From the NCBI GenBank assembly GCA_964016885.1, contig OZ024740.1:91078001-91142000 (forward strand): a DNA stretch of 64,000 nucleotides. The letters are read 5' to 3'. The position numbers and the translations under genes are program-made. Positions 25,773-39,551 of the stretch are shown piece by piece (position 1 is the stretch's first letter; every line of letters begins with the position of its first letter). This DNA is from Eledone cirrhosa. Its lineage: Eukaryota. Below the pieces are notes generated by a model, which was given only the letters and a program-made list of their open reading frames with translations, did no database searches and was not told where the DNA came from.

Positions 25773-25812
25773 GGCCTTGAGAAACCAATTCGGGCGAAAC
25801 GTACGTAGGTGC
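25773..25812 (+). ncRNA. Variant minimal hammerhead-like motif
   Basis: GGCC-UUGAGAA-ACC-AAUUCG-GGC-GAAAC-GUAC-GUA-GGUGC. GAAA is followed by a palindromic stem III and a GUA triplet; the 5' core is non-canonical. Lies between (TA)n tracts. Confidence 0.45.
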
Positions 25813-25924
25813 TATTTTAAGTAAACATGTTCTAACGGTTTGTTCTCCTCTATATACTTCTCCACGTATATATATATATATGTATATAAAATATATAGAT
25901 TTACATAAACATAAATTAGACAGA

Positions 25925-26048
<124 letters not shown>

Positions 26049-26130
26049 TTTTTTGCAACCATTCACGGTGTGGCTCAATGACGAAATAATTGATTAAATA
26101 ATCAACAATCAGAGCAATATACCAAAAAAC

Positions 26131-26965
26131 TACGTCCATACAATCATTTGATAAAATATATACAGTATTTTCTCTCCCAATCAGCATAATCAACCACACA
26201 AAAAATCAATTAAACAAGGCTATAAGATTAAAAAGCACCTATGAAGAAACAATAGATAAATAAACGATAGCTATTTTATCCGCGATCAACAACCACAGAA
26301 TATTTACCCAGTATTTCTAATAGCCCGTGGAAATCGATTAGATATATAGCCAAGCTTACACAATTAGGTACAACATCAAATTTAGAAGAAAACATGTATA
26401 TAAGCATACCAAAATGATGTCTCTATCCCATGATGTTTCATGCGATTTTTGGAAATATTCGATCATGGATAAATTCACGATTTTCGAAATCATCAGGAAA
26501 CAGACTCAATTGGACAACGATATTTCTTAAATGATCCTCGCCAGAAACGAATTCAAAATGGCTAAGAACTGTGACGTAGCTAATGGTCAAGTCAGAAAGC
26601 CTGATAATGTCGAAACTCAGGAATTTATCCGTGATCGGATATTTCCAAAAAGCGATTGAAACCTGATGGGTTAGAGACATAATTTTGGTATGCTTATATA
26701 CATTTTTTCTTCCAAATTTGATCTTGTACCTAATTGTGTAAGGCTGGGTATATATCTAATCGATTTCCAAGGGCTATTAGAAATACTGGGTAAATATTCT
26801 GTGGTAGTTGATCGCGGATAAAATAGCTATCGTTTATTCATGTAATGTTTCTTCATAGCTGCTTTTTAATCTTATAGCCTTGTTTAATTGATTTTTGTGT
26901 GGTTGATTATGGTGATTGGGAGAGGAAATACTGTATATATTTTATCAAATGATTGTATGGACGTA
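26131..26965. repeat. Long imperfect palindrome (fold-back or MITE-like), arms 26131-26497 and 26600-26965
   Basis: Arms of about 366 bp are reverse complements (e.g. GCTATTTTATCCGCGATCAAC / GTTGATCGCGGATAAAATAGC); (TA)n lies nearby on both sides. Confidence 0.9.
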
Positions 26966-27073
26966 CCTTCTTGTATATATATATATACATATGTTATTTT
27001 AAGTGTTTTTAGTTAAATATACAGTAAATATACTATACATACGTTCATGTATACATCGCTATTTCAGAGCACC

Positions 27074-27134
<61 letters not shown>

Positions 27135-27160
27135 TTAATAATGAATAATAATAATAATAA

Positions 27161-30100
27161 AAATGTTTAATTCCAATATTAAGTAAATATGTCAACACAT
27201 ATACGCGACTAACCCCATAGATTCACCGATCAAACAAAATACAGTCTATTCAACAAAACTCAGTAACGACAACGCCATCACTACAGTTACCGCCGCCGCC
27301 GCCCATCCATCATTACAACCACTATCCTATCACCGCCGCCACCACTCCTTCATTACTACCACCGTAATCCCCCAGTGGTGGTGGTGATTTGGTCGTAGTA
27401 CTGTAGTGATGGTGTTGAAGTTGGAGTTTAAATAGCGTTTGAGTCGACTTGACCATAGCTTTGATCGTGGTAGTGGTGGTCGTGTTGGTGGTGAAATTAT
27501 CTTTAGTTATTTAATCATTACCTTCTGTTAACTTACGAAAGGGGAATATGGCGGTATCACTAGATACTATTAATAAACAAGATTAATATTTAATTTTGGA
27601 TCAGGAATGTTAGAGTCGAAAAGGAGGAAAATGACTAAATGATTAAATAACTAAAGATAATTTCACCACCAACACGACCACCACTACCACGATCAAAGCT
27701 ATGGTCAAGTCGACTCAAACGCTATTTAAACTCCAACTTCAACACCATCACTACAGTACTACGACCAAATCACCACCACCACTGCCTCATTATCGCTACC
27801 GCCGCTATTCTCTCCCACTATCTCCTGCTAGTTGCTGCTAGCACAGCACCGCCACCACCACCGCCGCCACTATTATCTCCCGCTACCCCCTGCTACATTG
27901 TAGAATCCCCCTAAAAGAGTAAGGCATCAACATATATAAGTAGACTGAATTGATGACCCGGTCAAAATCAAAAAAACAAAAATCAAAATCAAAGCAGCAC
28001 AGCAACAACGAAAAACGTAAAGAAAATAAAAATGAAGAGAAAAACAAACAGACAGACAGAGAAGGGAAGGGAAAAACTAAGTCAGACATTCAAACACTAC
28101 ATTACAATGAAACATATGCTTATTCATTTTGGGGGGTTTTTTTGCCTGTTTATTTGTTTGTTTATTTATGTTCGTCTACAGCGTGATAATGCCACACAAA
28201 AATCACGTGGAGTGACAAAACCACCGAAGGCGATGAATACACCGGTAGTTATGTAATCATACATTCGCCAATCCTCGATAAGAGTGTTTAAATGTCGAAC
28301 CTAAACAGTTCGAATAACGGTGAAATTGAGACTAGAATATCATGTGACAGACTCTCACCCAACAGGTGATCCCTGGCTCAGCAGTAGGGACCTGGCTGTC
28401 AACCAAATACTGCTGGTGTCGGAGGAAGAAGAAGAAGGAAAGGGACCAGAACCTACTGGAACCAACTGGACGAAAGAATTGAATAGAACTGTTATGCAAT
28501 GTTACCTGAAGAGTAACCCCAAGGAGAATGGCTATAGGAAACGGATGCATAACATCTGGAACGAGATTGGTTTATTTAAATTAGATGAACAAAAATTGGC
28601 CGGGCAGGCTCGGGTAATAAGAACTAATGGGTGGATAAGCGACCTGGATCTGGAGGAACTGAGCAGAGAGATTAGCTTGGAGATGGAGGGTGGAGTATGC
28701 CAGGCAAACAAGCCAGTGGGAAATGAAGGTGAAGAGGTCCAGAGAACGGAGGAACCACCCGAAGCAGACAATGATCTGAATGCTGAAATAAATAATACCT
28801 GCAACAGAGATACGGCCACTGAGGAGATGAATGCTGACGGGCTAGGACAAGATTTCGTTGATATCCTAAACTTAGTGGTAGATGAATTGAACAATGATAG
28901 TGGGAGACCTATGAACCTAAGATTTGTAGACAGGAAAAAGTAAAAAGAAACAACAGCTAAGGTAAACAAAGTCACCCCATGCCTTGAGGCGAGGAGACTT
29001 CACCAGTGCAACAATATCCTCAAAACAACAGCAAATACGGTGAGGAAACTACATGGTATGAAAGCGAGAGGAAACAACAGATAAGAACGAGCAGAGCCTA
29101 TCTTAAGCAATGATATATATGTATGCAATTTGGTATTAGTAAGTGTGGAGTCATTGTGATGAAGAGGGGTACGTTGAGCAGAAGTAACGGAATCCAGGTA
29201 CCAACAGGTGAGATGATAAAGGAAATTGACTCTGAAGAAGGATACAAGTATTTGGGCGTTCTGGGGGCTGATGACATCAAAAACAAAAAAATGAAGGAAT
29301 TTATAAGAACTGAATACATTCGGAGAGTAAGGAGGGTATCGAAGTCACATCTGAACAGTAGGAATGCCATAAGTGCAGTAAATTCCCGAGCTGTGTCTAT
29401 TATTAGGTACAGTGCGGGAATTCTGAGATGGAATGTTGCTGAACAAAAAGAAATGGATAGGAAGACTAGGAAGCTATTAGCTATCTACAACATGTTCCAC
29501 ACGAGGAGTGATGTCGATAGACTCTACTTAAGGAGATCTGAAGGTGGAAGAGGTCTTATCAGCATAGAGGACTGTGTTCAAATGGAGAAAAATAACCTAC
29601 ACAAATACGTGACTGATAGTAAGGAGCCAATACTCAGAACTGTACTGAAGGAGGGCACAATAGGCCAGATTATGTCCAAGGAGGAAATAACATCAAGGAG
29701 AAAGAGCAGCCTTGAGGAAAAATCCCTTCATAGTACCTTCTTTGAGAAAACTGAATTTAGAGATCCACAGACATGGAACTGGTTGAAAAGAGGAGACCTT
29801 AAAAAGGCTACAGAAGGAATGTTAATGGCTGCGCAGGAGCAGGCCCTCAAAACGAAGTGGTTGAAACACCATATTTACAAAGAGGAGGCTAGCCTACTGT
29901 GCAGGATCTGTGGAGAGAGAGGGGAGACTGTGGCTCACATTGTATACGAGTGTAAACACCTAGCCCAGACTTACTATAAGGGCTGGAGACATGATGTGAT
30001 GGGCAGGGTAATCCACTGGCACCTATGCAAAGTAAACAATTTACCACATTCTGAGAAGTGATATGAGCATAAGCCAGAGGCGATGATAGAAAACGATCAG

Positions 30101-30548
30101 GTGAAGGTGCTGTGGGATTTTAGGATACAGACGGACAAGAAACTTGAACACAATGGACCTGACCTGGTGGTTGTGGACAAAGAAAAAAGATCGTGCCTGA
30201 TTGTGGATGTGGCCTGCACATTCGACACGAGAGTGCAAGAAAAGGAGAGGGAGAAAATTAACCGATACCAGGACTTAAAGTGGGAGGTAAAAAGGATTTG
30301 GAACTGCCATGAAGTCAAAGTGATCCCGATTGTCACAGGCGCACTAGGGACTGTCTCAAAAAGTTTCCAGGGATGGTTAAAGAAAATTGGCTCCTTCACG
30401 CTTTTTGGAACGCTTCAAAAGGCATGCTTGCTGTGAACAGCAAGAACACTCCGATACGTCCTGAATATCTGAGGCTGCAGGTAGTGGCTTGATATTCATT
30501 TCAACCAACTTTCCAGTTAATTGACATCAATGACTGAGACTCAAAGAG
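27161..30548 (+). mobile_element. Dong/R4 copy D3 with the RT core deleted (junction at about 29098)
   Basis: Diverged 5' leader, N-terminal ORF 28320-28943, then a jump to MQFGISKCGV (29123-30061) and RLE (30083-30436). (TAA)n at 27073-27160 and 30549-30654. Confidence 0.9.
27373..27784. repeat. Perfect 147-bp inverted repeat (27373-27519 / 27638-27784)
   Basis: No mismatch seen by eye; 118-bp spacer. Confidence 0.92.
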
Positions 30549-30558
30549 TAATAACAAC

Positions 30559-30654
<96 letters not shown>

Positions 30655-33600
30655 CCTGCCACCGCAGTATAGAATTCCTACTACTAAAAAAGAGGAAGGC
30701 ATCAAAATAAATATATAGATAGACTCAAAAGAAAAAAGAAAAAACAAACAACAAAACCAAAGCAGCACAGCAACAACAGCAAAAAACGAGAAAAACAAAC
30801 AGAGAAAAACAAAAACAAAAAACGTAAAGAAAATAAGCATGAAGAGAGAAGCAGGCGGACGGACAGAGAGGAGGGGGGGGGGGAAACTAAAACTAAAAAA
30901 ACAAAAATTAAGTCAGACATTCGAACACTACATTACAATGAAACTTATGCTTATTCATTTTTGGGGCCCTTTCTGCCTGAGTGTTTGTTTGTTTATGTGT
31001 GTTCGTATACAGCGTGGTGATAATGCCACACAAGGGCCAAGTGGAACGCCGAATCCACAGATGGCTATGTAACCATACATTCGCCAATCCTCGATAAGAG
31101 TGTTTAAATATCGAACATAAACAGTTCGAATAACGGTGAAATGGAGACTAGAACGTCATGTGACAGACTCTCACCCAACAGGTGCCCCCTGGCTCAGCAG
31201 CAGGAACCTGACTGTCAAACAAATACTGCTGATGTTGGAGGAAGAAGAAGAAGGAAAGGGGCCAGAACCAACTGGACTAAAGAATTGAATAGAACTGTTA
31301 TGCAATGTTACCTGAAAAGTAACCCCAAGGAGAGGGGCTACAGGAGACGGATGCATAACATCTGGAACGAGATTGGTCTATTTAAATTAGATGAACAAAA
31401 ATTGGCCGGGCAGGCTCGGGTAATAAGAACTAATGGGTGGATAAGCGACCTGGAACTGGAGGAACTGAGCAGAGAGAATGGCTTGGAGATGGCGGGTGTA
31501 GTATGCCAGACAAGCGAGCCAGTGGGAAATGAAGGTGAAGAGGTCCTGAGAACGGAGGAACCACCCGAAGCAGACAATGATCTGAATACTGAGATAAATA
31601 ATACCTGGAACAGAGATACGGCCACTGAGGAGATGAATGCTGACGGGCTAGGACAAGATTCGGTTGACATCCTAAATTTAGTGGTAGATGAATTGAACAA
31701 TGATAGTGGGAGACCTATGAACCTAAGATTTGTAGACAGGAAAAAGTTAAAAGAAACAACAGCTAAGGTAAACAAAGTCATCCCATACCTTGAGGCGAGG
31801 AGCCTTCACCAGTGCAACAATATCCTCAAAGCAACAGCAAATACGGTGAGGAAACTACTTGGTATAAAAGCGAGAGGAAACAACAGACAAGAAAGAGCAG
31901 AGCCGTGGTGGAAGAAACGACTGAGTGGTCAAATCGGGGAAATGAGAAATGAGAAATGACATAGGAAAGCTTGAGTCACTACTGAATGGGACACTAAAAA
32001 ACATAGCACTAAAAATAGACTGGAAATAAAGTACAAAACTAGGAGGAAAAAGCTAAATATTATCATAAAGGAACTGAAGCAACGCATTGTAGCAAAGAGT
32101 GCAAAAATCAGGCGATACGAGAACAGAGTCAGTCTATATAAACAGAACCGCATGTTCGACAACAACCAGAAGATGTTGTTTGGACAGCTTGAGGGGAAAG
32201 AAAGAGGCAAAGACTTGATCCCTGGGGCGGAGCAAAGTAAAACATTCTGGAGAGGAATATGGGAGCAGGATGTTAGACATAATGTCCAGGCAGGGTGGAT
32301 TGAGACCGTACAGAGGGAGATCGGTGAGCAGGCACACCAACAAACTGATTTGAGTATCACAGTTGAAACTTTTAAGGGGCAGGCCAAAAAACTAACCAAC
32401 TGGAAATCACCAGGCCCAGATGGTGTGCAGGGGTATTGGATTCAAAATGTAACATCCCTCCACCCGAAGCTGACGACCATGTTCAATGACTGCTTGGTGT
32501 CGGGTGAGGTGCCAGAGTGGTTGACAAAAGGTACCACAGTTCTGATAATGAAAGACCGAATCAAGGGTAATGATGTTACCAAATATAGACCTATCACATG
32601 TCTGTCCGTAATGTGGAAACTGTTGACGAGCATTGTGTCTGAGGAAATCTACCATCACCTCCACACAAACAACTTGCTACCGGACGAACAGAAAGGATGC
32701 CGAAAGAAGTCACGTGGTACAAAGGACCAGTTACTTATTGATAAGATGGTAATGGGGAATTGCAGGAGGAGACACACTGATCTTGCGATGGGATGGATAG
32801 ACTACAGAAAGGCATTTGACATGGTGCCTCATTCTTGGATCACCAAAAGCCTGGAGTTCTTCAGGGTGGCATATAACATCAGACAGTTGCTGGGCAGGAT
32901 TATGGGGTCCTGGGAGACAGAGTTGACATCAACTGGAGTTTCCTTGGGAAGCATGAAGATCAAGAGAGCTATCTTCCAGGGAGATAGCCTGTCCCCTCTG
33001 TTGTTTGTCCTTGTCCTGATGGCCTTGACCATTATGCTGCGAAAAGTGAGAGCAGGATACAAGTTGGTAAAGGGAGTGCTTACCATCAATCACCTCCTCT
33101 TCATGGACGATCTTAAGCTCTTCGGGAAATGTGAGAAGGAGTTGGATGTGCTTGTTGACACTGTCCGTATTTTCAGCAGTGATATTTGTATGCAGTTTGG
33201 TATTAGTAAATGTGGAGTCATTGTGATGAAGAGGGGTAGGTTGAGCAGAAGTAACGGGATCCAGATACCAACAGGTGAGATGATAAAGGAAATTGACTCT
33301 GAGGAAGGATACAAGTATTTGGGCGTTCTGGAGGCTGATGGCATAAAGAACAAAAATATGAAGGAATTGTTAAGAACTGAATAAATTCGGAGAGTAAGGA
33401 GCGTATTGAAGTCACATCTGAACAGCAGAAATGCCATAAGCGCAGTAAATTCCCGAGCCGTGTCTCTTATTAGGTACAGTGCGGGAATTCTGAGATGGAA
33501 TGTTGCTGAACAAAAAGAAATGGATAGGAAGACTAGGAAGCTATTGACTATCTACAACATGTTCCACAAGAGGAGTGATGTCGATAGACTCTACCTAAGG

Positions 33601-34613
33601 AGATCTGAGGGTGGAAGAGGTCTTATCAGCAGAGAGGACTGTGTTCAGATGGAGAAAAACAACCTATACAAATACGTGACCTATAGTAAGGAGCCCATGC
33701 TCAGAACTGTACTGAAGGAGGGGACAGTAGGCCAGGAGATGTCCAAGGAGGAAATAACATCAAGGAGGAAGAGCAGCCTTAAGGGAAAATCCCTTCATAG
33801 TACCTTCCTTGAGAAAACTGAATTTAGAGATCCACAGACATGGAACTAGTTGAGAAGAGGAGAACTCAAAAATGCTACAGAAGGAATGCTAATGGCTGCG
33901 CAGGAGCAAGCCCTCAAAACGAAGTGGTTGAAGCACCATATTTACAAGGAGGAGGCTAGCCCACTGTGCAGGATCTGTGGAGAGAGAGAGGAGACGTGGC
34001 ACACATTGTGTCCGAGTGTAAACACCTAGCCCATACCCACTATAAGGGCTGGAGATACGATGTGATGGGCAGGGTGATCCACTGGCACCTGTGCAAAGTA
34101 AACAATTTACCACACTCTGAGAAATGGTATGAGCATAGGCCAGAGGCGGTGATGGAGAACAATCAGGTGAAGTTGCTGTGGGATTTTAGGATACAGACGG
34201 ACAAAAAACTGGAACACAATAGACCTGACCTGGTGGTTGTGGACAAAGAAAAAAGATCGTGTCTGATTGTGGATGTGGCCTGCCCTTTCGACACGAGAGT
34301 GCAAGAGAAGGAGAGGGAGAAAATTAACCGATATCAGGACCTAAAGTGGGAGGTGAAAAGGATTTGGAACTGCCATGAAGTCAAAGTGATCCCCATTGTC
34401 ATAGGCGCACTGGGGACTATCTCCAAAGGTGTCCAGGGATGGTTAAAGAAAATCGGCCCCGTCACGCTTTTTGGAACGGTTCAAAAGGCATGCTTTCTTG
34501 GAACAGCAAGAACCCTCCGATACGTCCTGAATATCAGAGGATGCAGGTAGTGGCTTGATATTCATTCCAACGGACTTTGCAGTTAACCAACATCAATGAC
34601 TGAGATTCAAGGA
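30655..34613 (+). mobile_element. Dong/R4 copy D4, near full length, disrupted ORF from 31141 to about 34535
   Basis: Consecutive ORFs 31141-31959, 32152-33384, 33406-33849 and 33966-34550 cover the N-terminus, RT, CCHC and RLE; (TAA)n flanks. Confidence 0.93.
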
Positions 34614-34639
34614 ATAACAACAATAATAATAATAATAAT

Positions 34640-37600
34640 GATTTCTTTATTAACCACAAGGGTTTACATAAAGTAGACATTAAGGACAGTGCAGGACAAT
34701 GCAGGACGGTACAAATGGGCATTTCTGCGTGTAAAAAACAAAAACAGAGGATGTAACAAAAAATAACGATGAAAAATTCCCCAATAGGGGGGAGACATCG
34801 GAGGGACATTTGTGGAGATAGACCATTAAAAGACCACAGTGGCCCTGACCACCAGGGCAAGTGCCCTCTCCCAGTTTTCCACCTTTAATTTACAGACACA
34901 TACTCAGAGAAGGCCCATTCATTCGGGCCATACTTGCTTCTCTCACCCATCTTTCAACAAAATGCTGGGAAGAGAGCACTTCCCTCTCTTCCCTGATTTT
35001 CCTTTTCAGATGAAATTTGAAAAAGTTAATCAGGGCATCACCGAAGAGGTAAGTGCTCGTCTTCAGCCCTTTCAAACGTGTCCACCATACTATCTCTTTC
35101 GCCGTGGCCACCAGACAGATAAAAACTGCCTGCCCTTCCCGGCTAAAGGAAGAGGGCGGGGCAATCCTCACGATGGACTCAGCTGATAGCTGGATCCGTC
35201 CTACACGTGACAGCAGATGTTCGACGTAAACCCACAAGTCAGCAATGCTCGGACACTGGACGAGTGCGTGCAGGACGGTTTCGTCGCCCTGTGCGCATCT
35301 CGGACATGCCCGGCTGACGGCACCTCCATGCCTGTAAAGCTCATCCCGAACTGGCAAAGCACCCCGGTAGCACTGCCAGGCCAGGGATTTCTGGAAGTTG
35401 TCCATAGGCCCCGTCCCGAAAGTCCTTCCGAAGAGATTGGCTAGTTGATTTTCGTCGACGCCTAGAGTTTCTCCAAGTACGTCGTCGCTCTTCCCCTCCA
35501 CTAATCCCCTATATAACGCCAAGGTGGAGTTTCCACCGATCACATTGCCCGATTGGTTGAGGGCTGTGAGCGCCTGAAGACATTCCAATCTCCAAGCGCT
35601 CCCTCTCGGTCTTCGCTTGACCCAGGACTGCAGCTCCGTCAAGGAGACGAGCTGGGGAAAAACGTGTCTAGCAAACGGCGACCACACCTGATCACCGTCG
35701 AGGAAGAGGTGGAGATGTCGTAGCCTGAGCGCGTGTCTGCGCATCATCAGCCACGGCATGCCCAGCCCTCCACGTAGCGGGTGTTGACAGCAGATGGACC
35801 GCCTGACCATCGGAGCGCGTCCTTTCCACAAGAAGCGAAAGAGCAAACGCTCCAGCGCAGTCAGGCGGGGCTTAGGACAAGTTACGACGGTCAGGCGGTA
35901 GTAGATGACGGACGCGATGTACGCGTTAGGCACCTCCGCTCGACCTTTCAGGGATAGCTTCCAATCGGCCTATTTCTGGGTGAGAGAAGCCACCCTGTTC
36001 GTCACCTCGTCCTAGTTTTTGTCCGTCTGGAGGTCTGGACCGAACCAGACCCCTAGCAATTTAACCGGTCCGTCCGTCCAGCGCCCGACGACGCTGTTGG
36101 ACGGCATGGACCTGCCTCTCCAGGTGCCGAGCTGCAGGCCCACTGACTTTTCCTGGTTTATCATTGCTCCTGTCACCGCTTCGTATTCTCTTAGTGTAGT
36201 GCCGATCGCCTCGATGTGTTTGGCGTTCGACACCACTACGGTGACATCGTCGGCATATGCTGACACGGATCTTCCGCATCCTAGTTCGCGCGGAACCCCC
36301 CTCAACGTCTTCAGTTTGTGCAGTAATGGCTCGAGAGACAATACGTACAATAGGGACGAGAGGGGACATCCTTGGTGGACCGAGCGCATGATGTTGAACG
36401 GTTCCGAAAGGTGACCGTTCACTCTCACTACAGAACAGGCGTCGCTGTGCATGGCAGCGATCCAGCCTCTGAAGACGGGCCCAAAGCCAGCCGCCCTCAG
36501 GACTGCCGCTAGGTAACGATGGTCGACCTTATCGAAGGCTTTCGACTGATCTAAATTGATCAAAGACCCCCCCGCCCCCTTGCCAGGTTCCCTAGCTACC
36601 CTCTCTACGATGTATCGCATGAGGTGGAGGTTGTCGCGAATGGATCTGTCGGGAATGGCGCATGTCTGTGCCTCTCCCACCAGACCACCAACGACAAGCG
36701 TCAATCTCTTTGCTAGCACCTTGGCCAAAATCTTGAACTCTGTGTTTAGCAGAGTTATGGGCCTAAAATTATCTATGTTATCCCCCTTGTTTGGATCCTT
36801 TCTCAGCAGCGCCACCGCTCCTCGGCTCACAGAGCTGGGAATTCTCCCGTTCTGTTGCCAGTTGCAGTAGACGTCCGCCAAGAGGCCTCCGAACAAGTTT
36901 GGCATTTGTACGTAAAGTTCATAGGGCAGACCATCTAAACCAGGGGATTTACCCCTTGTGCAACTAGTCATTGCATCCCGTACTTCAGCGGTTGTTATCG
37001 TCTTTTCGCAACACTCCGCCTCAGTGGCCGAAAGCCGCGGCAGTCCGTCGAGGTAGACACTAAAGTCCCTCCCTCGATCCGGCCCGCCACTGCCCCCGAA
37101 CAGTTGAGCGAAGTGTCGCTGAAAAGCTTCACACATTCGCCCGGGATCGAGTAGCATGCGCCCGTCGTGGTCCACCAAAGACCGGATCGTGGCTTCGTTA
37201 CCACGACTTGCCTCCGCCATTCGGGCCCACTGAACGGCTTTTGTCCCCTCGTGTCTGAGAGCACGCACCCTAGCTCTGACGACGCAGCCTTCGTGCTTTG
37301 CATTGAAGAATTGGTCAAAGGCCAATTTCGCCGCAAGTACGTCGGTCGCGATGCCTTTGCTAAGCGCCTCATCTAATTTTCTAACTAATTCTCCCTCTGC
37401 TCTATTTTTCTCTATTGCTAAAGTCTTACTAAAGCTAATGGACTCTATTCTAATTGCTCTTTTCAGAGCAAACCACCACTTGTTGTTGACGATGGCCCCC
37501 GTCAACGCCCGCTTAACTAGTTCGCTAATCCGGTCTCTGTAGGCCTTGCGCGCTGGTAAGGACGCGTTTAGCTTCCAGTAGCCGGGTCCTCGTCTATGAA

Positions 37601-39501
37601 GCCTATCTAAGTCAAGCACACAGATCACGAATGTGTGGTCCGTGTAGCTAACTATCTTGAATTGTGGACAGCCTATGCTAGACCTGTCTATTTCCCTACA
37701 AAATACTCTATCTAGATATGATCTGGATGACCCTATGCGATTTGTCCAAGTCCACATTGGTACATTCGGGAAATCCATTCGGTACCTGTCAGACAGTTCA
37801 AAACGTCTGAGCAGGTTGGTGAGACTCTTGCACCCTCCTTCCCTATCCACTAATCCCACACAATCCCAGCGTGCATCTAAGATCCCGTTCCAGTCGCCCA
37901 CTAACACTAAAGAGCGGGACGTTCCAAGAAAGGTCTCCAGACGCCGGAAGAAATCAGGCCGCCCTGCTCCTGTCGGGGCATAGACGGCCACTAACCTGAA
38001 AGCTTGCCCCTCTCCGCTGGTCACGTCCAGCACCACCAACTTACCTTCTGGGTCCAGGAAGATGGCCCGTATGTCAAGATCCAAACCTCTCCGAAAAAGC
38101 ACAGCAACTCCTCCCCCCGATCCCGGACGGCTGGGAGATGCGTACACATCGTAGCCGCCGAAAATCGGTGCGAAAGCCTGTGCTTCGGAGATTCTGATCT
38201 CGCTGATGGCCACTACATCTATGTTAAGTGACCTGAGGTCGTTGAGCAGGTGGCCCTGCTTCCATGACGACCCCAATCCACGCGCATTTATGCTGCCTAT
38301 TCTGAGTGAGGCCATGTTGAAAAGGAGTGGAAAAGATGGGAAAGACCACTTACCTTACATCTCGTAGGGGAAGGACGGTTTTTCCATCCTTTTCACTGCT
38401 TGTGGCCTCCTCAGGAAGGATGTCCTTATAAATTCTTCTGGAGAGTGCTTGTCGGAAGTCTCCGATGTCTTTGGGGAATTTTTGCTTTAGTGTCATGTAC
38501 GTTTCCTGTGTGATGCGAGTGATTTGTATGTGTGGAGGTGGTGTGCATTTTGGGGTTGTTGTGTAGTCTTTTTCTGTGATGCTGGTGTTGTGTTGGATGT
38601 AGTGTAATAATTGCTTGTTGTTCAAATGTAATGCTGTGTAGTGTGTATCGTTTTGGTTGTTTTGTTGTGTTTGCGTTTGTTGTGGGTTTGTTTCTGTTTC
38701 GCATTTTGGTGACTTTTGTGGTGTAGGTGATGGTGGTGTTGGGGTTAATAATGGTGATGGTGTTGGTGTTTGGGTTGAAGGGGTTGGTGATGCTGGTGTG
38801 GATGGTGGCATATCTGTCCTAACTTTTTTGTTTCTTAATTTATTTATTTCCCTCTGTATTTTGTTTTTGGAGGGGGAAGGAAGAGAATTTTTTCTTTTTT
38901 GGTTTCTTTTTTTTTTCCGGATATCGTTTCCCACTCCTCGTCGTCACAATCTATCTCCAGTTGTGATAGGCCGGGGAGTGGAAAATCCTCCACAGCCGTT
39001 AGTTTTGGTTGTGGCGTGGTGGATGGTGTAGGCGCTGGTGCTAGTTCTGAAGCGTTGGGTGGTGGTGGTGGTGGTGGTTGTCGCGGTGGTGGTGGTGGTG
39101 GAGGCTTTAACACTTGCAGTCATTGGTAATGGCGGGAAATGAATGTCTGCCGGAGACAAATTTAAAATATTGCTAGTGCTTATATTTTTTTTGTGTTGGC
39201 AAACGTAGTAACATTTACAATGGTGGTGTCGGTGTGAGGTGTTAATTTGTGAGAAAGGCTTTCAGCTGCTTCGTGCAGAGCTGAATTAGCCATGTTTTTC
39301 AAAGAAATGTTTTCGATAACAATAAAAGTTTAAATTTTGGGCACAAGGCCCCAATCTTTTTGAGTGTCCTTTTCGGAAAACAATGTATGTGCGCTTATAA
39401 ACAGTTAACAATAAAATTTTCCATAAATGACAATTTTTAACAAACGGAAATAACAAACCTTTGCGGAGCTCACGATGATACGATTTACTACGTAGGTCGC
39501 C
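34640..39501 (-). mobile_element. Tx1/L1-clade copy T4, both termini present, ORF1 internally deleted
   Basis: Same termini as T1; (TAA)n at 34614-34639 and 39502-39551. Confidence 0.93.
34890..38315 (-). pseudogene. Tx1 ORF2 (APE endonuclease, RT, CCHC), nearly intact; premature stop at 36012
   Basis: 767-aa ORF 36012-38315 plus the downstream ORF 34890-35933 containing CPRC-x8-H-x4-C. Confidence 0.92.

Positions 39502-39550
<49 letters not shown>

Positions 39551-39551
<1 letters not shown>

Noticed and set aside
39330-39352. 11-nt match GGCCTTGTGCC between the Tx1 5' UTR and the SINE tail
   Set aside because: Too short, and at the wrong end of the LINE for a SINE-LINE shared tail; probably chance.
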